Source of the DNA: Candidatus Poribacteria bacterium
GTDB taxonomy: Bacteria > Poribacteria > WGA-4E > PCPOR2b
DNA: 64,000 nucleotides
NCBI GenBank assembly: GCA_965215015.1
Contig: OZ244042.1
Coordinates: 2,624,001 to 2,688,000 of the forward strand
Direction of reading: 5' to 3'
Shown: one piece after another, positions 37,352-47,299 of the stretch
Numbering within the stretch: the stretch's first letter is position 1
Layout: each line of letters starts with the position of its first letter
The notes under the pieces: model-generated
Told to the model about the DNA's origin: nothing
The model's database searches: none
The model's input: only the letters and a program-made list of their open reading frames with translations
Made by a program: the position numbers and the translations under genes

Positions 37352-40159
37352 TTAAATCGGCATGTCGATCTGTCTGTCCGCTGTCATCTGCTTCTGAATC
37401 TGTTCCCACTCCGTGACGAGGTTATTGAAAATAACAGCGTTCTGGGAATCCCCCGTGCGGTCGTAGTGGTTGTAGAGGACGCGTGCCAACCGCTCGATAG
37501 ACTCAACATTGCCCCTCATCTCCCTGCCGACATGCGCTGCACCTTCAACACCCCTGCCATCCTCACGGTTCAGGTGGTATGCCATCCGGAAACAACCCGC
37601 CCACGCTGTCGTGTCGCCGAGGGGCAACTCCTCGCTTTCAGAAAACGCATCGAGCGGCAGTAGCTTGACCCACCCCCCTTTGGCGGTGAGTAGACCGTTA
37701 GAATGCTGCAACCCCCTGATGGTGACATTCTTGGCGCGTGCCAGCGTCTCCGCGTCACCGTAGGGACCCTCCGCATACCCGTGCTGCTTGAGCCAGGCGA
37801 GACAGAACCGACTCTCCAAATCCAGATCCCCCTCCTGACGCTCGTCGTAATCCGCTATGGCGCGGTTGATTGCTGCCAACGCCTCCCGCACCGACACCGA
37901 CTTGCCGCTGATAGTCTCCACACCGCTGTAACGGGAGTAAATCTGCATCCCCGGACCGATAGCGGCTTGCGCCAGATCCGTCGGTGCGATGTGCCCTTTT
38001 CGCGTCAGTTGGTCGAGTGCCGCGGGCAGTTCTTTGTCAAGGGCGTTGAAAAATTGACGGCGCGTTGCGGCGGGGGCATCACGGGGACGCGGGCGACAGA
38101 CCAGCACAATAGACGATGCTAGTGAGTTAGCATTCAAGGCGTTTGATCTTGCGGAAAGCTCAGTACGCATGGGCCAGGTGCCGACTATCTCAAAACCCGT
38201 TGACACGATAGCATTCAGCATCGTTTCCCAGCCGGTGGACGTTCTACCATCCCGCTCCTCCTCCTGCTGTTTGTAGGCGTAGAAGATGGAGGACGGAAAC
38301 TCCGGGCTGCATCGCTCTCGTATTAACTGGAGTGTCTTGTTCAGTAAGTCCTCAAATCGCTGCCGGGGATCATCAAATCGGGAAGGGATTGCGGTTATCT
38401 CCTCAGCTTTGGGGGTCAGAATACCGGCGAACAGGTCCGGGTAAATGTCGCGGAGTAGGGGACGCAGCCACACGTAGAAGAAATCGGACAGATCGGCATA
38501 GTCAATGTTGTTGTAGTAGGGTGGATCGGTGACGATGACCGGCCCATCTTGGGCGTGGATAGTGGTGGAGGCATCCGCCTGATGCACGGCACCGTTGTTT
38601 GCAGCTGCGGGCAATCGCTCGACAACTTTGGCTACCCACTCGATTTGAGCCATCCAGTTCTGCGAGGCATTACAGAAAGGATTGGATTCGCCAAAATCCC
38701 ACATCATTGGGATTGCTTGACGTGCAAAAACTCCGGCGACAGAGTCGCGGGAGTTTTCCCATCTTGCAAAGCTAGACCCGCTATGTGCGGTTCTACCGAT
38801 GGCTAGAGCGAGATAGGTTCGGAGAGAGTTGGTGTACTTCTCATCCCCCCCGTGTTCTGTTACTAATTCGTCAACCTCCTCTAGCAGGTCACTGAACGTG
38901 GTCAGCGCAGTGAGTTGACGCTCAGTGAAAAGTTGATGCCAATGGGTAATACCAAACCCTCGTCCACTTACCAAAGTAGGCGTATTTGGCATTGCTTGGG
39001 ACGGTCGCCACGCGGGTTCGGCAGATATTGCTGCCTTGATATGTTCGTCGGTCGGTGATACATAGAGCCGTCTGCGATCCCCCTCAGCGACGATGGCAGT
39101 CATCTGCTCGCTCATGTTGCCAGCCCTCGCCTGCTCACGGACATAAGACAACGGAGCCGCGCTGTTGCAGGCGATACAGACGGCACCGTGGCGGCCCACC
39201 GTGCCATCTTCGGGGACGCCACCACTGTGGCCCTGCACGACAAAGGAGACACGCTTCGACTCATAGTCAACGACAGGCCTAATCCAGTGTTGGTTGTTTC
39301 GCTTTTTCGAGAGTTGGAAGGTTTTCAGAAGGGGCAGCTCGACACCGCAGGCGGGATTGGGACAGGGGACCGTCCGTGCCCAAAGCCATGCAATCACAGT
39401 CGCATCGCTGCCATCGGGGAGTTTCACCTTCGGGTAAAGAGGGCCAATCCGCTTAAACGCCGCCTCACGCATCCATGCCCCGTAGTAGCGAATGTCGTCT
39501 GCAAGGCCGGACACACCGCGCCAAGGGACGCGCCGCGCGTTTCTGCCTCTGCCCGTAGATATGCCGAGGGGGTCCGCTTCGGGATTGACCGGAGGCAGAT
39601 GCTGAAACTTGGGCGGGATTTCAATCAACGCCTTGTTGATGAGGACTGCCACCGGATTGAGGTCTGAAGCAACGGACTTCAGTCCAAGCCGTTGTGCTTC
39701 GAGGGGGATAGAACCCCCACCGGCGAAGGGGTCATATATCGGCAGCGTACGGTCGTGCAGGTATTTCAACACTTCAACAGGGTCAGTGGGTGCTGTTTCT
39801 CCTCGGGAACGCGCCACCGAGCGGGCAATTTCGTAGCGTGCGTTTGCTAAGAGGGTTTTCACATCCAGTTGGGTCTCATCGGTGCTTTCCCATTTGACGA
39901 GCTGACGGATGATATTGTGGAGTCGTTCCCGCTCGGCATGTTGCTCGTGGTCGGTGGGGAACTCATCGGGGCAGTGGGAGGGGTCGTCCACCATGCTAGC
40001 AAAGATGACCGCGCGGCAAGCAGCCAACGGACGGCGTGCCCACCATAGATGCAATGTGGAGGGATGGCCGTGCCGGATGGATTTCTCACGGGCGGATTCG
40101 CTGTTGATGTCGTCTAACGGTAGGTCTACTTCAATCAGTTTACGTCGGTAAGCGGTCAT
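37352..40159 (-). CDS. DUF1156-domain adenine DNA methyltransferase with Zn ribbon
   Basis: HLWWARRPL, DPFAGGGSIP, CPNPAC..CIAC, TDPPYY. Confidence 0.94.
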   Translation of the reverse strand: MTAYRRKLIEVDLPLDDINSESAREKSIRHGHPSTLHLWWARRPLAACRAVIFASMVDDPSHCPDEFPTDHEQHAERERLHNIIRQLVKWESTDETQLDVKTLLANARYEIARSVARSRGETAPTDPVEVLKYLHDRTLPIYDPFAGGGSIPLEAQRLGLKSVASDLNPVAVLINKALIEIPPKFQHLPPVNPEADPLGISTGRGRNARRVPWRGVSGLADDIRYYGAWMREAAFKRIGPLYPKVKLPDGSDATVIAWLWARTVPCPNPACGVELPLLKTFQLSKKRNNQHWIRPVVDYESKRVSFVVQGHSGGVPEDGTVGRHGAVCIACNSAAPLSYVREQARAGNMSEQMTAIVAEGDRRRLYVSPTDEHIKAAISAEPAWRPSQAMPNTPTLVSGRGFGITHWHQLFTERQLTALTTFSDLLEEVDELVTEHGGDEKYTNSLRTYLALAIGRTAHSGSSFARWENSRDSVAGVFARQAIPMMWDFGESNPFCNASQNWMAQIEWVAKVVERLPAAANNGAVHQADASTTIHAQDGPVIVTDPPYYNNIDYADLSDFFYVWLRPLLRDIYPDLFAGILTPKAEEITAIPSRFDDPRQRFEDLLNKTLQLIRERCSPEFPSSIFYAYKQQEEERDGRTSTGWETMLNAIVSTGFEIVGTWPMRTELSARSNALNANSLASSIVLVCRPRPRDAPAATRRQFFNALDKELPAALDQLTRKGHIAPTDLAQAAIGPGMQIYSRYSGVETISGKSVSVREALAAINRAIADYDERQEGDLDLESRFCLAWLKQHGYAEGPYGDAETLARAKNVTIRGLQHSNGLLTAKGGWVKLLPLDAFSESEELPLGDTTAWAGCFRMAYHLNREDGRGVEGAAHVGREMRGNVESIERLARVLYNHYDRTGDSQNAVIFNNLVTEWEQIQKQMTADRQIDMPI

Positions 40160-40218
40160 TTTAACTCCAAGGGTAGAACAGGAAAGGGTAATAAGAAGAC
40201 AAAGACCAGCGCATCCTT

Positions 40219-40698
40219 TCAGCCCCCTTTGGGAAGTACTTCAACCAGAGGGCGGTCACACCTCAATAGCTGGATGTTGAACCGCTCGCCTCTGAAGCGA
40301 ATGCGACTGCTTGACCTCAATAATCGATTTCTTTCGGCCCGGGGAAATTTGCCGCAGACCGCAACCGGCACAAATTGAACTCGCTCGCAACTAGGAATAA
40401 TACAATCAGCGGCAATGTTCGCCCCCGCTTGCAGTTGCTTCACGGCATCGCTGGCATCCAGTTTGCCCCTCTTCAACTCCAGTGGCACGAGAAAAACGTC
40501 ATCACAACCTCCGATGAAAATGTAGTCGCATTTTGTTTCGTTCTGTTCGCCCGGAGCTTCCGGCTTATCCATATCTATTGTGATTGATGGCGTCGGCGCA
40601 TTTTTCAAGGGCACGGAACACCCCTTTTTACGTAACCCCCCTTTTGCAAAGCATTCTTCGGGGAGGTTTTGCCTTATCTGGTTAACGAGATTTGCCAT
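40219..40698 (-). CDS. Small putative PD-(D/E)xK nuclease
   Basis: KCDYIF...LELKRG...KQL; overlaps ATPase stop by 17 bp. Confidence 0.65.
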   Translation of the reverse strand: MANLVNQIRQNLPEECFAKGGLRKKGCSVPLKNAPTPSITIDMDKPEAPGEQNETKCDYIFIGGCDDVFLVPLELKRGKLDASDAVKQLQAGANIAADCIIPSCERVQFVPVAVCGKFPRAERNRLLRSSSRIRFRGERFNIQLLRCDRPLVEVLPKGG

Positions 40699-42280
40699 GT
40701 ACGCCGCTCCGTTCTATCCGATTGGATATTTCCGCATAGTCGTTATATGTACCGAGGGCAACGTCATCGAAGCCGGACCGGAAACCTCCAAATTCTACAT
40801 CGCAGGGGATTTCTTTCACCACAGACCCCCTGGGGCGCTGCTTGGGTTCAAACAGCCACACGCCTACTTGGTCACGACTGAGCGCGAAGTTCGCGCCTGC
40901 GATGCCTCTCCTCTGTGTTTTCGGGAGTTCCGACAGGCGCACCAAGTTGGCAAGCTCATCCAGCACCCATTCGCTGTGGGTGGTGAGAATGACGCGGATG
41001 CCGGCGTGTACAACCGCCGCGAGTTGACGGAGGAATTCTACCTGCATCGCCGGGTGGAGGTGCGACTCCGGCTCTTCGATAATCAGCACATCACCGGGTT
41101 GAACGATGTGCCGTAGATACAGGACAACCGGTGCAAGTTCCGATACCATGGATGACGTATTCATCAGAGGTAAATCTTCTCCCCATCCTTGCGGTTGATA
41201 GGAAAACATCGGATAGCCGGACTCAGAGTTTTCGCTATGGATTTCCCCTTTGAGGATGTGCTGTTCAAGGTTTGCAGCGAGATTTCCGTTGTTGTGGTGC
41301 TGCCTGCTTGGCTCACCGAGTCCAACCAGTTGTTTAAGAAAGTCGGCGAGCACCCCCGAAAGTGCTGGCAACGGTGTGTCCCGCTGGAGTCCCGCACGCG
41401 GTGCCCGTTCAATCAAGGAAGCACTGACCACACGGTGCGCGTGCATCACACCGGTGCGGTCAGTGGGAAGATAGTGGGCGGTATCGTTCAGCGGACTGAC
41501 AACATCAGAAAGAATCCAACTCAAAAATGCTTCTATGAGATATTCCACACCTTGTCTTGCTCTGTCGTCATCTCCTGATACCAAGATATTTAGATCACCC
41601 AGGATATTCAGGGCACCCATATTCAGGGCACCCAGAAGGCTAGGGAGAATATACTGGAGAATATACTCTGTTCGCTCAGTATGTGGATTAATATACAACG
41701 GTGTTTCTTTGGAAATTGAGGTCACTAATTCTTCAGGCCTACCCCTTTTCAGTGCTAGTTCATACGCAAAAGGTTTGAAGCGTAAGGTAATCTTCGCCCC
41801 CGCCCTGTTGCCGTGGCGAATCAACCTTGTGGTGCTTTCAATACCGAAACTCCGTTCTATCTCCTCAGCGATGACTTCGCTGTAGTCACTCAAATGGCTA
41901 AATAAGGAATGAACCGTTGACATCATAAAATCGGGCAATTGAATAGGGGGAGCCTCCGACAGGTTTTCGGCTTCCATCTCTACCAATACGCTTTTTATCC
42001 AGTCAGCTAACCTTTTGGCATTATCACCATCGAAGAGCCGCTCCTCCTCGATGATTCTACGAAGAGTAGGGGGGATTTTCATAAACCCAAAAGGCATGTA
42101 AGTAAGGTAACGGTCAAAAAATCTGTGCAGCGCATATATCAGGATTGCCAGGTAGGACTTCCCTGTGTTGCTTGGACCTACAAACACGGTCAGCGGACGC
42201 AGGTCAACCTCTGCCTTGGCGATGGGACCGAAGTTGGAAACCGAGAGCTGCAGTGGGTCTGTTTGCGTTGGCGTAGTCAT
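40682..42280 (-). CDS. ABC-type ATPase (AAA_15/AAA_21, AbiEii-like)
   Basis: NFGPI, GPSNTGKS, SSMVSEL signature, IIEEPESHLHP, TTHS. Confidence 0.92.
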   Translation of the reverse strand: MTTPTQTDPLQLSVSNFGPIAKAEVDLRPLTVFVGPSNTGKSYLAILIYALHRFFDRYLTYMPFGFMKIPPTLRRIIEEERLFDGDNAKRLADWIKSVLVEMEAENLSEAPPIQLPDFMMSTVHSLFSHLSDYSEVIAEEIERSFGIESTTRLIRHGNRAGAKITLRFKPFAYELALKRGRPEELVTSISKETPLYINPHTERTEYILQYILPSLLGALNMGALNILGDLNILVSGDDDRARQGVEYLIEAFLSWILSDVVSPLNDTAHYLPTDRTGVMHAHRVVSASLIERAPRAGLQRDTPLPALSGVLADFLKQLVGLGEPSRQHHNNGNLAANLEQHILKGEIHSENSESGYPMFSYQPQGWGEDLPLMNTSSMVSELAPVVLYLRHIVQPGDVLIIEEPESHLHPAMQVEFLRQLAAVVHAGIRVILTTHSEWVLDELANLVRLSELPKTQRRGIAGANFALSRDQVGVWLFEPKQRPRGSVVKEIPCDVEFGGFRSGFDDVALGTYNDYAEISNRIERSGVHGKSR

Positions 42281-42295
42281 ATAGATTCCTCGTTT

Positions 42296-45200
42296 CTAAT
42301 CGTTGGCTGTGTCCAGGTCCAGACCGAGTTGGGCACTGTTTTCGCGCACGGCGCGGACGGTACTTTCGGAAAAACCTTCCGGCTTGTTCGCCGTAATGGT
42401 AATTTCGATGGTGACGGAGCCCTTAGCTGCCCTCAGATTATGGATTATCTCGTCGCGCAATAGGTTGATGTCGTCGAGAGAGATGTCGTTTTGGATTGTT
42501 TTCGTTACGATGATGCGTTTCGGATCCGCCGGGGGGGGAGTAGGGTCAGGGGATGGTTCTACCGGCGAAGGGTCGGAGTCAAGGTCGGGCGTAGCACCGG
42601 GGGTAACGATGGGGGGGCATTCCTTTATTACGAGTTTCGCCATTTCAGGGTGGACCAACAATCCCGAACCAGGATCTGTGAGATTAGGCATCGGCTTCTT
42701 GAAGGATAGACCCTGGTACTCTATATCGTTGTAGCCCTCAGCGTACCCGAACCTGCCCTCCGCTACCCCTTGTGCGATGCACTTTAGTAGCACGCCTCTG
42801 TTTCTCAGGCGGTGCAGGTAGGCATTCCTCGTCATCAGTTCCCATAGATTATCTATGCCGATGTGGTCGCTGTAATTCTGGTTACTCCACACATATTGCT
42901 CTAACATGGTCACAAGGGCTGCGGGGGCAATTTCATTAACCAGCATCTCCTCCTGGATGAATGTCTGGTACGCGCTATCAACGATGTTACCTGTTTCCTC
43001 CGCATCTGTTGATAAGGGGAAGAGTTGGTAATCCGCTCGCTGTGGGGTTTCCTGTGATGGTGCCATTGCCCAGTGGTACGCCCTGACGAGGAAGGTGTCC
43101 GCCTCCGTTTCAGCACGCCGCAGACTGTTGACTGCTTGGCTGTGGCGATTACCTGTGAGATTTGCAATGCGGCGGGTGCCATTGAGGATAGAATCCCAAG
43201 CGAGATACGTTTTGACACTATTTTTCAGGGCGCGAATTTCGTCGTTCTTGGCTGTCAAAAAGAGGAGTGCGTTCCTGTGGATGCGGGGAGCGTCTCCGCG
43301 GTTTAGAATAATGTCCTCCGCCGCCGGTGTGGCTGTGTCATTGCCGCTAGAACGGGTCCGCAGGAATTTGCTGGGGGGCAGGATAACCAATTGCATGCCC
43401 TCTGAATCTTTCACCTCCGCGGAACTTTCCGGGCAGACAACAACAGTAACGTGTCGCCAATCCCTGACCGCCTCCTGTATTTGGGCGATAATGGACTCTT
43501 CCACTTCCCTATCGCTGAGTGTATCGGCGCGGTCGATGGCGACCTTGTTTAGGTTCTCCTCTGCGTGAAAATAGTACCTGTTATCGCTGCTGTAGAAGTA
43601 ATACAACGCGCCATCCATCTGTCCGAGTGCTTCTTTGTACACCGAAACCCCCTGTCCGGGCAATACAGCACCAAGGTGAATTTGGCGGGGATCAATGCCC
43701 CGCACAGCACCGGTGGGGGCACTACCGAGAAAGACAGTCCGGGCAATCCGTCGCGCCGCGCCCCCAATATTGGAGAATCTTTGGTTGGTTCTGTCAATGT
43801 TGTCGGTTCGAGAACCATCACTGTCTATCTCTGTCAGGACCGGGTGCCACTCGCCACCAAGTAGTGGGAGGAATTCGTTTACCAGTTCGGGATCATTGAG
43901 GGGCAGATTGCAGGGCATAATCAGCGGAGAAGGGTCCTCTCTAAGGTACAAGCGGTTGATACAGTTCGCCATCATCCGAAGTACTGCGCGTGTGCGCTGA
44001 AACCGTGGAATAGAGGACCAGTCTGAATAGAGCCGATCAAATATCTCCGGGTGGATGGGGTAACACGCCTTCATGCGTTCCAAATAACGAGGTTCGCTGA
44101 CCCCCTCAGGGTAATCTCTGCGCGAGCTGCGGTACATCCGCGAGAAGGCTTCACAGACTCGGTCCCGCGCTGCTTCATCCCTAACGCGTCCAAGGAGCCG
44201 TCGTCGGACAACTTCAAATGTTTCATGCACCTCTAGCGGTTCCCACACAGCCTCGATGCGCCCCAAGATGCTATCAAGCCTGCTGAGTGCTTCTGCCCCT
44301 CCCTCAGCCCCTGCTTCGACCGCGCTCTCCGGCAGGGTCACCACAAGGGCAGCGTTTCTACTCCTCCGCACCGATTGGGTAAGGTTCTGTATAAAGGTAT
44401 AGATGTTGTCTTTGGCATTGCCTGCGTTCCGTGCATATGCCACCAGCTCATCCATAAGGATAACGCATGGACCAACGTGTTCAAGGAGCTGGTCGAGCTG
44501 ACTCCCCCCCGGTGCGGTGCCCTCCCGCGCTGCCTCACCGACAATCTCGTAGGCTTCTTGTCCACCGAGTTGGTAAGCCATTAAGCCCCACAGCGTGTTT
44601 AAGGGGTCCCCGGTCTCTTTTATTACCGTCGAATCAGTTGCGGCGAGGAAGGTGCCATCGAGCACAGCGACGCGGGGTTGGATGCCGTTGGCTGGGTCCC
44701 ACGCCGCCTCCTGCATGAGGTCTTTTATCTCCTCACTGGTGCGTTGATGTTCTTCACTATTCGGTGGCGGGTTTACGAGGGCATCGCTACTCTTAACGAG
44801 GTGGTAGAGCGCGATGAGACTATGGGTCTTCCCGCCGCCGAACCCAGTTTTTGTCTGTATAACAGGGTCCCCACCGTTACCACCTAAGCGTCTGAAGGTA
44901 TTTACCAATAGTTTGCGGATGCCGGGGGTGATGTAGGTTTGGTTGAAGAAGCTGACCGGATTACCGTATCCTGTTGCGTCGGCACGTCCGTCGTGTACCT
45001 GCTGAAGGTCCGCTGCAAACTCTGCCGCTTCAAAGGTGCCGAGCGCGACATCGTTATTGGGGCGGATAACGTCACGCCACGGTGCCAGATTCTTTGATGA
45101 ACGAGGTTGTGGGCTATCTTGTCTGGCACCTGTTTCTGTCGGCCGCGTCTGGGCAGCTACATTTGACAATAGGGTAGTGGTCACCATTGTGTCCACCGTA

Positions 45201-45667
45201 TTGCTAGAGAGCGCGTCCCGAATAGCTTCTACCTTGTTCTTCTCAGCTGGCGCATTAATCCGTCCGAGCAGATCGGCGATGTCATACAGGCGCGCCTTAG
45301 TATATTCGGCGTCTATGTCTTGATTGCCCGGATGTGCGACCTGATTTCGAGCTTTATTTATTACCCATAACGTGTTCTGGACAGTCAGATCGTCCTTGAA
45401 ATGCTGTGCGAAGGCAGCACGCCAATTTTCACGGAACACTTGCGGGAAATGGTTGAGGTCAATTGCGGATTCAACACCATCGTTTTGATCCAGTCTCCGG
45501 TAAAATTCATCTATCTGTCGATCTCCCAACCCACGCTCAATTAGCTCCTGAACGCTTGCCCCTGGAACTCGCCTCAATTGCCGGATGATGAACGGTCGCA
45601 TGGCATCGCGGTAGATGTCAATTGCTTCTCCCAACGCGTCTCTGTTCGGTCGGTATGTTGTTTGCAT
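42296..45667 (-). CDS. DUF499 AAA+ ATPase with N-terminal Swt1-like HEPN domain
   Basis: RNQVAH (Rx4H); PWRDVIRP, EFAADL, GFGGGKTH Walker A, ILMDE, YPIHP, FQRTR. Confidence 0.92.
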   Translation of the reverse strand: MQTTYRPNRDALGEAIDIYRDAMRPFIIRQLRRVPGASVQELIERGLGDRQIDEFYRRLDQNDGVESAIDLNHFPQVFRENWRAAFAQHFKDDLTVQNTLWVINKARNQVAHPGNQDIDAEYTKARLYDIADLLGRINAPAEKNKVEAIRDALSSNTVDTMVTTTLLSNVAAQTRPTETGARQDSPQPRSSKNLAPWRDVIRPNNDVALGTFEAAEFAADLQQVHDGRADATGYGNPVSFFNQTYITPGIRKLLVNTFRRLGGNGGDPVIQTKTGFGGGKTHSLIALYHLVKSSDALVNPPPNSEEHQRTSEEIKDLMQEAAWDPANGIQPRVAVLDGTFLAATDSTVIKETGDPLNTLWGLMAYQLGGQEAYEIVGEAAREGTAPGGSQLDQLLEHVGPCVILMDELVAYARNAGNAKDNIYTFIQNLTQSVRRSRNAALVVTLPESAVEAGAEGGAEALSRLDSILGRIEAVWEPLEVHETFEVVRRRLLGRVRDEAARDRVCEAFSRMYRSSRRDYPEGVSEPRYLERMKACYPIHPEIFDRLYSDWSSIPRFQRTRAVLRMMANCINRLYLREDPSPLIMPCNLPLNDPELVNEFLPLLGGEWHPVLTEIDSDGSRTDNIDRTNQRFSNIGGAARRIARTVFLGSAPTGAVRGIDPRQIHLGAVLPGQGVSVYKEALGQMDGALYYFYSSDNRYYFHAEENLNKVAIDRADTLSDREVEESIIAQIQEAVRDWRHVTVVVCPESSAEVKDSEGMQLVILPPSKFLRTRSSGNDTATPAAEDIILNRGDAPRIHRNALLFLTAKNDEIRALKNSVKTYLAWDSILNGTRRIANLTGNRHSQAVNSLRRAETEADTFLVRAYHWAMAPSQETPQRADYQLFPLSTDAEETGNIVDSAYQTFIQEEMLVNEIAPAALVTMLEQYVWSNQNYSDHIGIDNLWELMTRNAYLHRLRNRGVLLKCIAQGVAEGRFGYAEGYNDIEYQGLSFKKPMPNLTDPGSGLLVHPEMAKLVIKECPPIVTPGATPDLDSDPSPVEPSPDPTPPPADPKRIIVTKTIQNDISLDDINLLRDEIIHNLRAAKGSVTIEITITANKPEGFSESTVRAVRENSAQLGLDLDTAND

Positions 45668-45793
45668 ATCCCTGAACCTCCTATTATATAGCATTTCAGT
45701 ATCAATTGGGTATCGTATTTGTTGATGAATCGTCCATTATTATATGCTATAATCAGTATAGTTTCAATACTAATTTGGTATAGTACCGAGGAT

Positions 45794-45883
45794 TACCCCC
45801 CTCAGTCCCCCCGCAAGCAGGGGGAGGCTGACAACCCTTAGGCCCTCCGCAAGCGGGGGGAGGCTACCCCCCTCAGTCCCCTC
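45794..45883. repeat. REP cluster in opposite orientation to 37259-37351
   Basis: CCCCCTCAGTCCCCCCGCAAGCAGGGGG plus a second and a partial third copy. Confidence 0.85.
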
Positions 45884-46047
45884 GGTCGTACAGCTTGCCA
45901 GTTCATTAGTAATCTGGTAGATAACTTCGCCAGGCCGCTTGTTGAAAGCGACGATACCGCGCAATATGCCGTAGCGGTTGTGGGGTTTACGGCAGGTGGA
46001 GCGTGCCGACTACTTTATGAGCCTCCCTCACATAACTAGGAGAAAAT

Positions 46048-47154
46048 ATGAAGATTACAAATATTGAATTGATTCCAATCTACTCAACCCGCGAAATGGG
46101 GCGAACCTGTCCTTCTGATTCAGAGAAGGCAATCTCCCATCACGTCATCGTCCGGCTGCAAACCGATGCCGACATCACGGGCTTAGGTGAGATGTCGGAT
46201 GTCAACTTTGATCTTACCCCGGCGGCGGTTAACGGGTTAGCTGCTCGGCTAGAACCGTTGCTTGTCGGACGCAGCCCGTTTGACCTGACAGCGATTCAAG
46301 CGAATCTAGAACAACAGGAATGGGAGCATCAGGTCCTCGCAGGGATTGACATCGCGCTACACGATGCCATCGGTAGGATACTGGATGTGCCCCTCTACCA
46401 ACTGTTTGGTGGCAAATACCGCGAACAGATTCCTTTCGCCTATCCCCTTGCTCCATGCCAGATTGAAGCGGATATAGCAGCGAATTTGCAGCGCATCGAA
46501 AAATTGCAAGACCGAGGCCATCCGACAATCCGCTACTATTTTGGTGCCGCCCCGACGCTGGACGAACGTTTCCTCTCTGAGCTACGGAAGCGTTGGGGAA
46601 ACGGCGTCGAGATTAATGCCCTAGACGCCAGCGGACGCTTTGAGGTGGAAACAGCGATTGATATTATTCGTCGTTTCGCCGCCTTCAAGCCGAATCTTGT
46701 TGAATCCCCTGTCAAAGGGCGTCAGGCTGCCTCTGTCGAGGACTTTATCGCGGTGAAACAAGCGGTAGATGTGCCGATCAGCGAGCATGCATCAGAAGCC
46801 CCTGTAGCTGTTCGGCTAGCGCGGCACGAAGCGGTAGATATTTTCAATCTCGGCGTGGGTTATTCGGGGATGACTGCCTGTCAAAAAACATTTGGGTTGG
46901 CTGAATTCTTCGGCATCAAAACATTATTGGGCAGCACTGTAGAACTCTCCATCGGCACCGCAGCGCGGGCGCATCTCGCTGCGGCGATGCCCAACCTAGA
47001 TTTCCCGTGCTATCCCGCGGGTCCATTGGTTTATTACGAACAGGTCGTCAAGAAACAGGTGCGCTACGAAGAAGGACATATCATCGTTCCAGAAGGCCCT
47101 GGATTAGGGGTGGAACTAGATGAGGAACGGCTTGCTGCACAACGATTGTGGTAA
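46048..47154 (+). CDS. Enolase-superfamily enzyme, R-x-Y subgroup (galactarate dehydratase II-like)
   Basis: GEMSD, IRYY in place of KxK, D/E/H metal ligands (LDAS, VESP, ISEH). Confidence 0.8.
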   Translation: MKITNIELIPIYSTREMGRTCPSDSEKAISHHVIVRLQTDADITGLGEMSDVNFDLTPAAVNGLAARLEPLLVGRSPFDLTAIQANLEQQEWEHQVLAGIDIALHDAIGRILDVPLYQLFGGKYREQIPFAYPLAPCQIEADIAANLQRIEKLQDRGHPTIRYYFGAAPTLDERFLSELRKRWGNGVEINALDASGRFEVETAIDIIRRFAAFKPNLVESPVKGRQAASVEDFIAVKQAVDVPISEHASEAPVAVRLARHEAVDIFNLGVGYSGMTACQKTFGLAEFFGIKTLLGSTVELSIGTAARAHLAAAMPNLDFPCYPAGPLVYYEQVVKKQVRYEEGHIIVPEGPGLGVELDEERLAAQRLW

Positions 47155-47299
47155 ATTTCGGCAGGTTGAATTTTCTTGCTCAACACCTACTAGAAATAAC
47201 CAAATTTGCATAAAACCCGGGTTGCTGAACGACGGTCAGGGAAGCTGATACCGTGTGAATATTCAGGATTCGAGGGGGACAGCATACGGCAGATGCCTA

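Noticed and set aside
41601-41633. 15-bp tandem duplication in the ABC ATPase (GALNM GALNI)
   Set aside because: In-frame micro-duplication in the variable insert, with no evidence of function.
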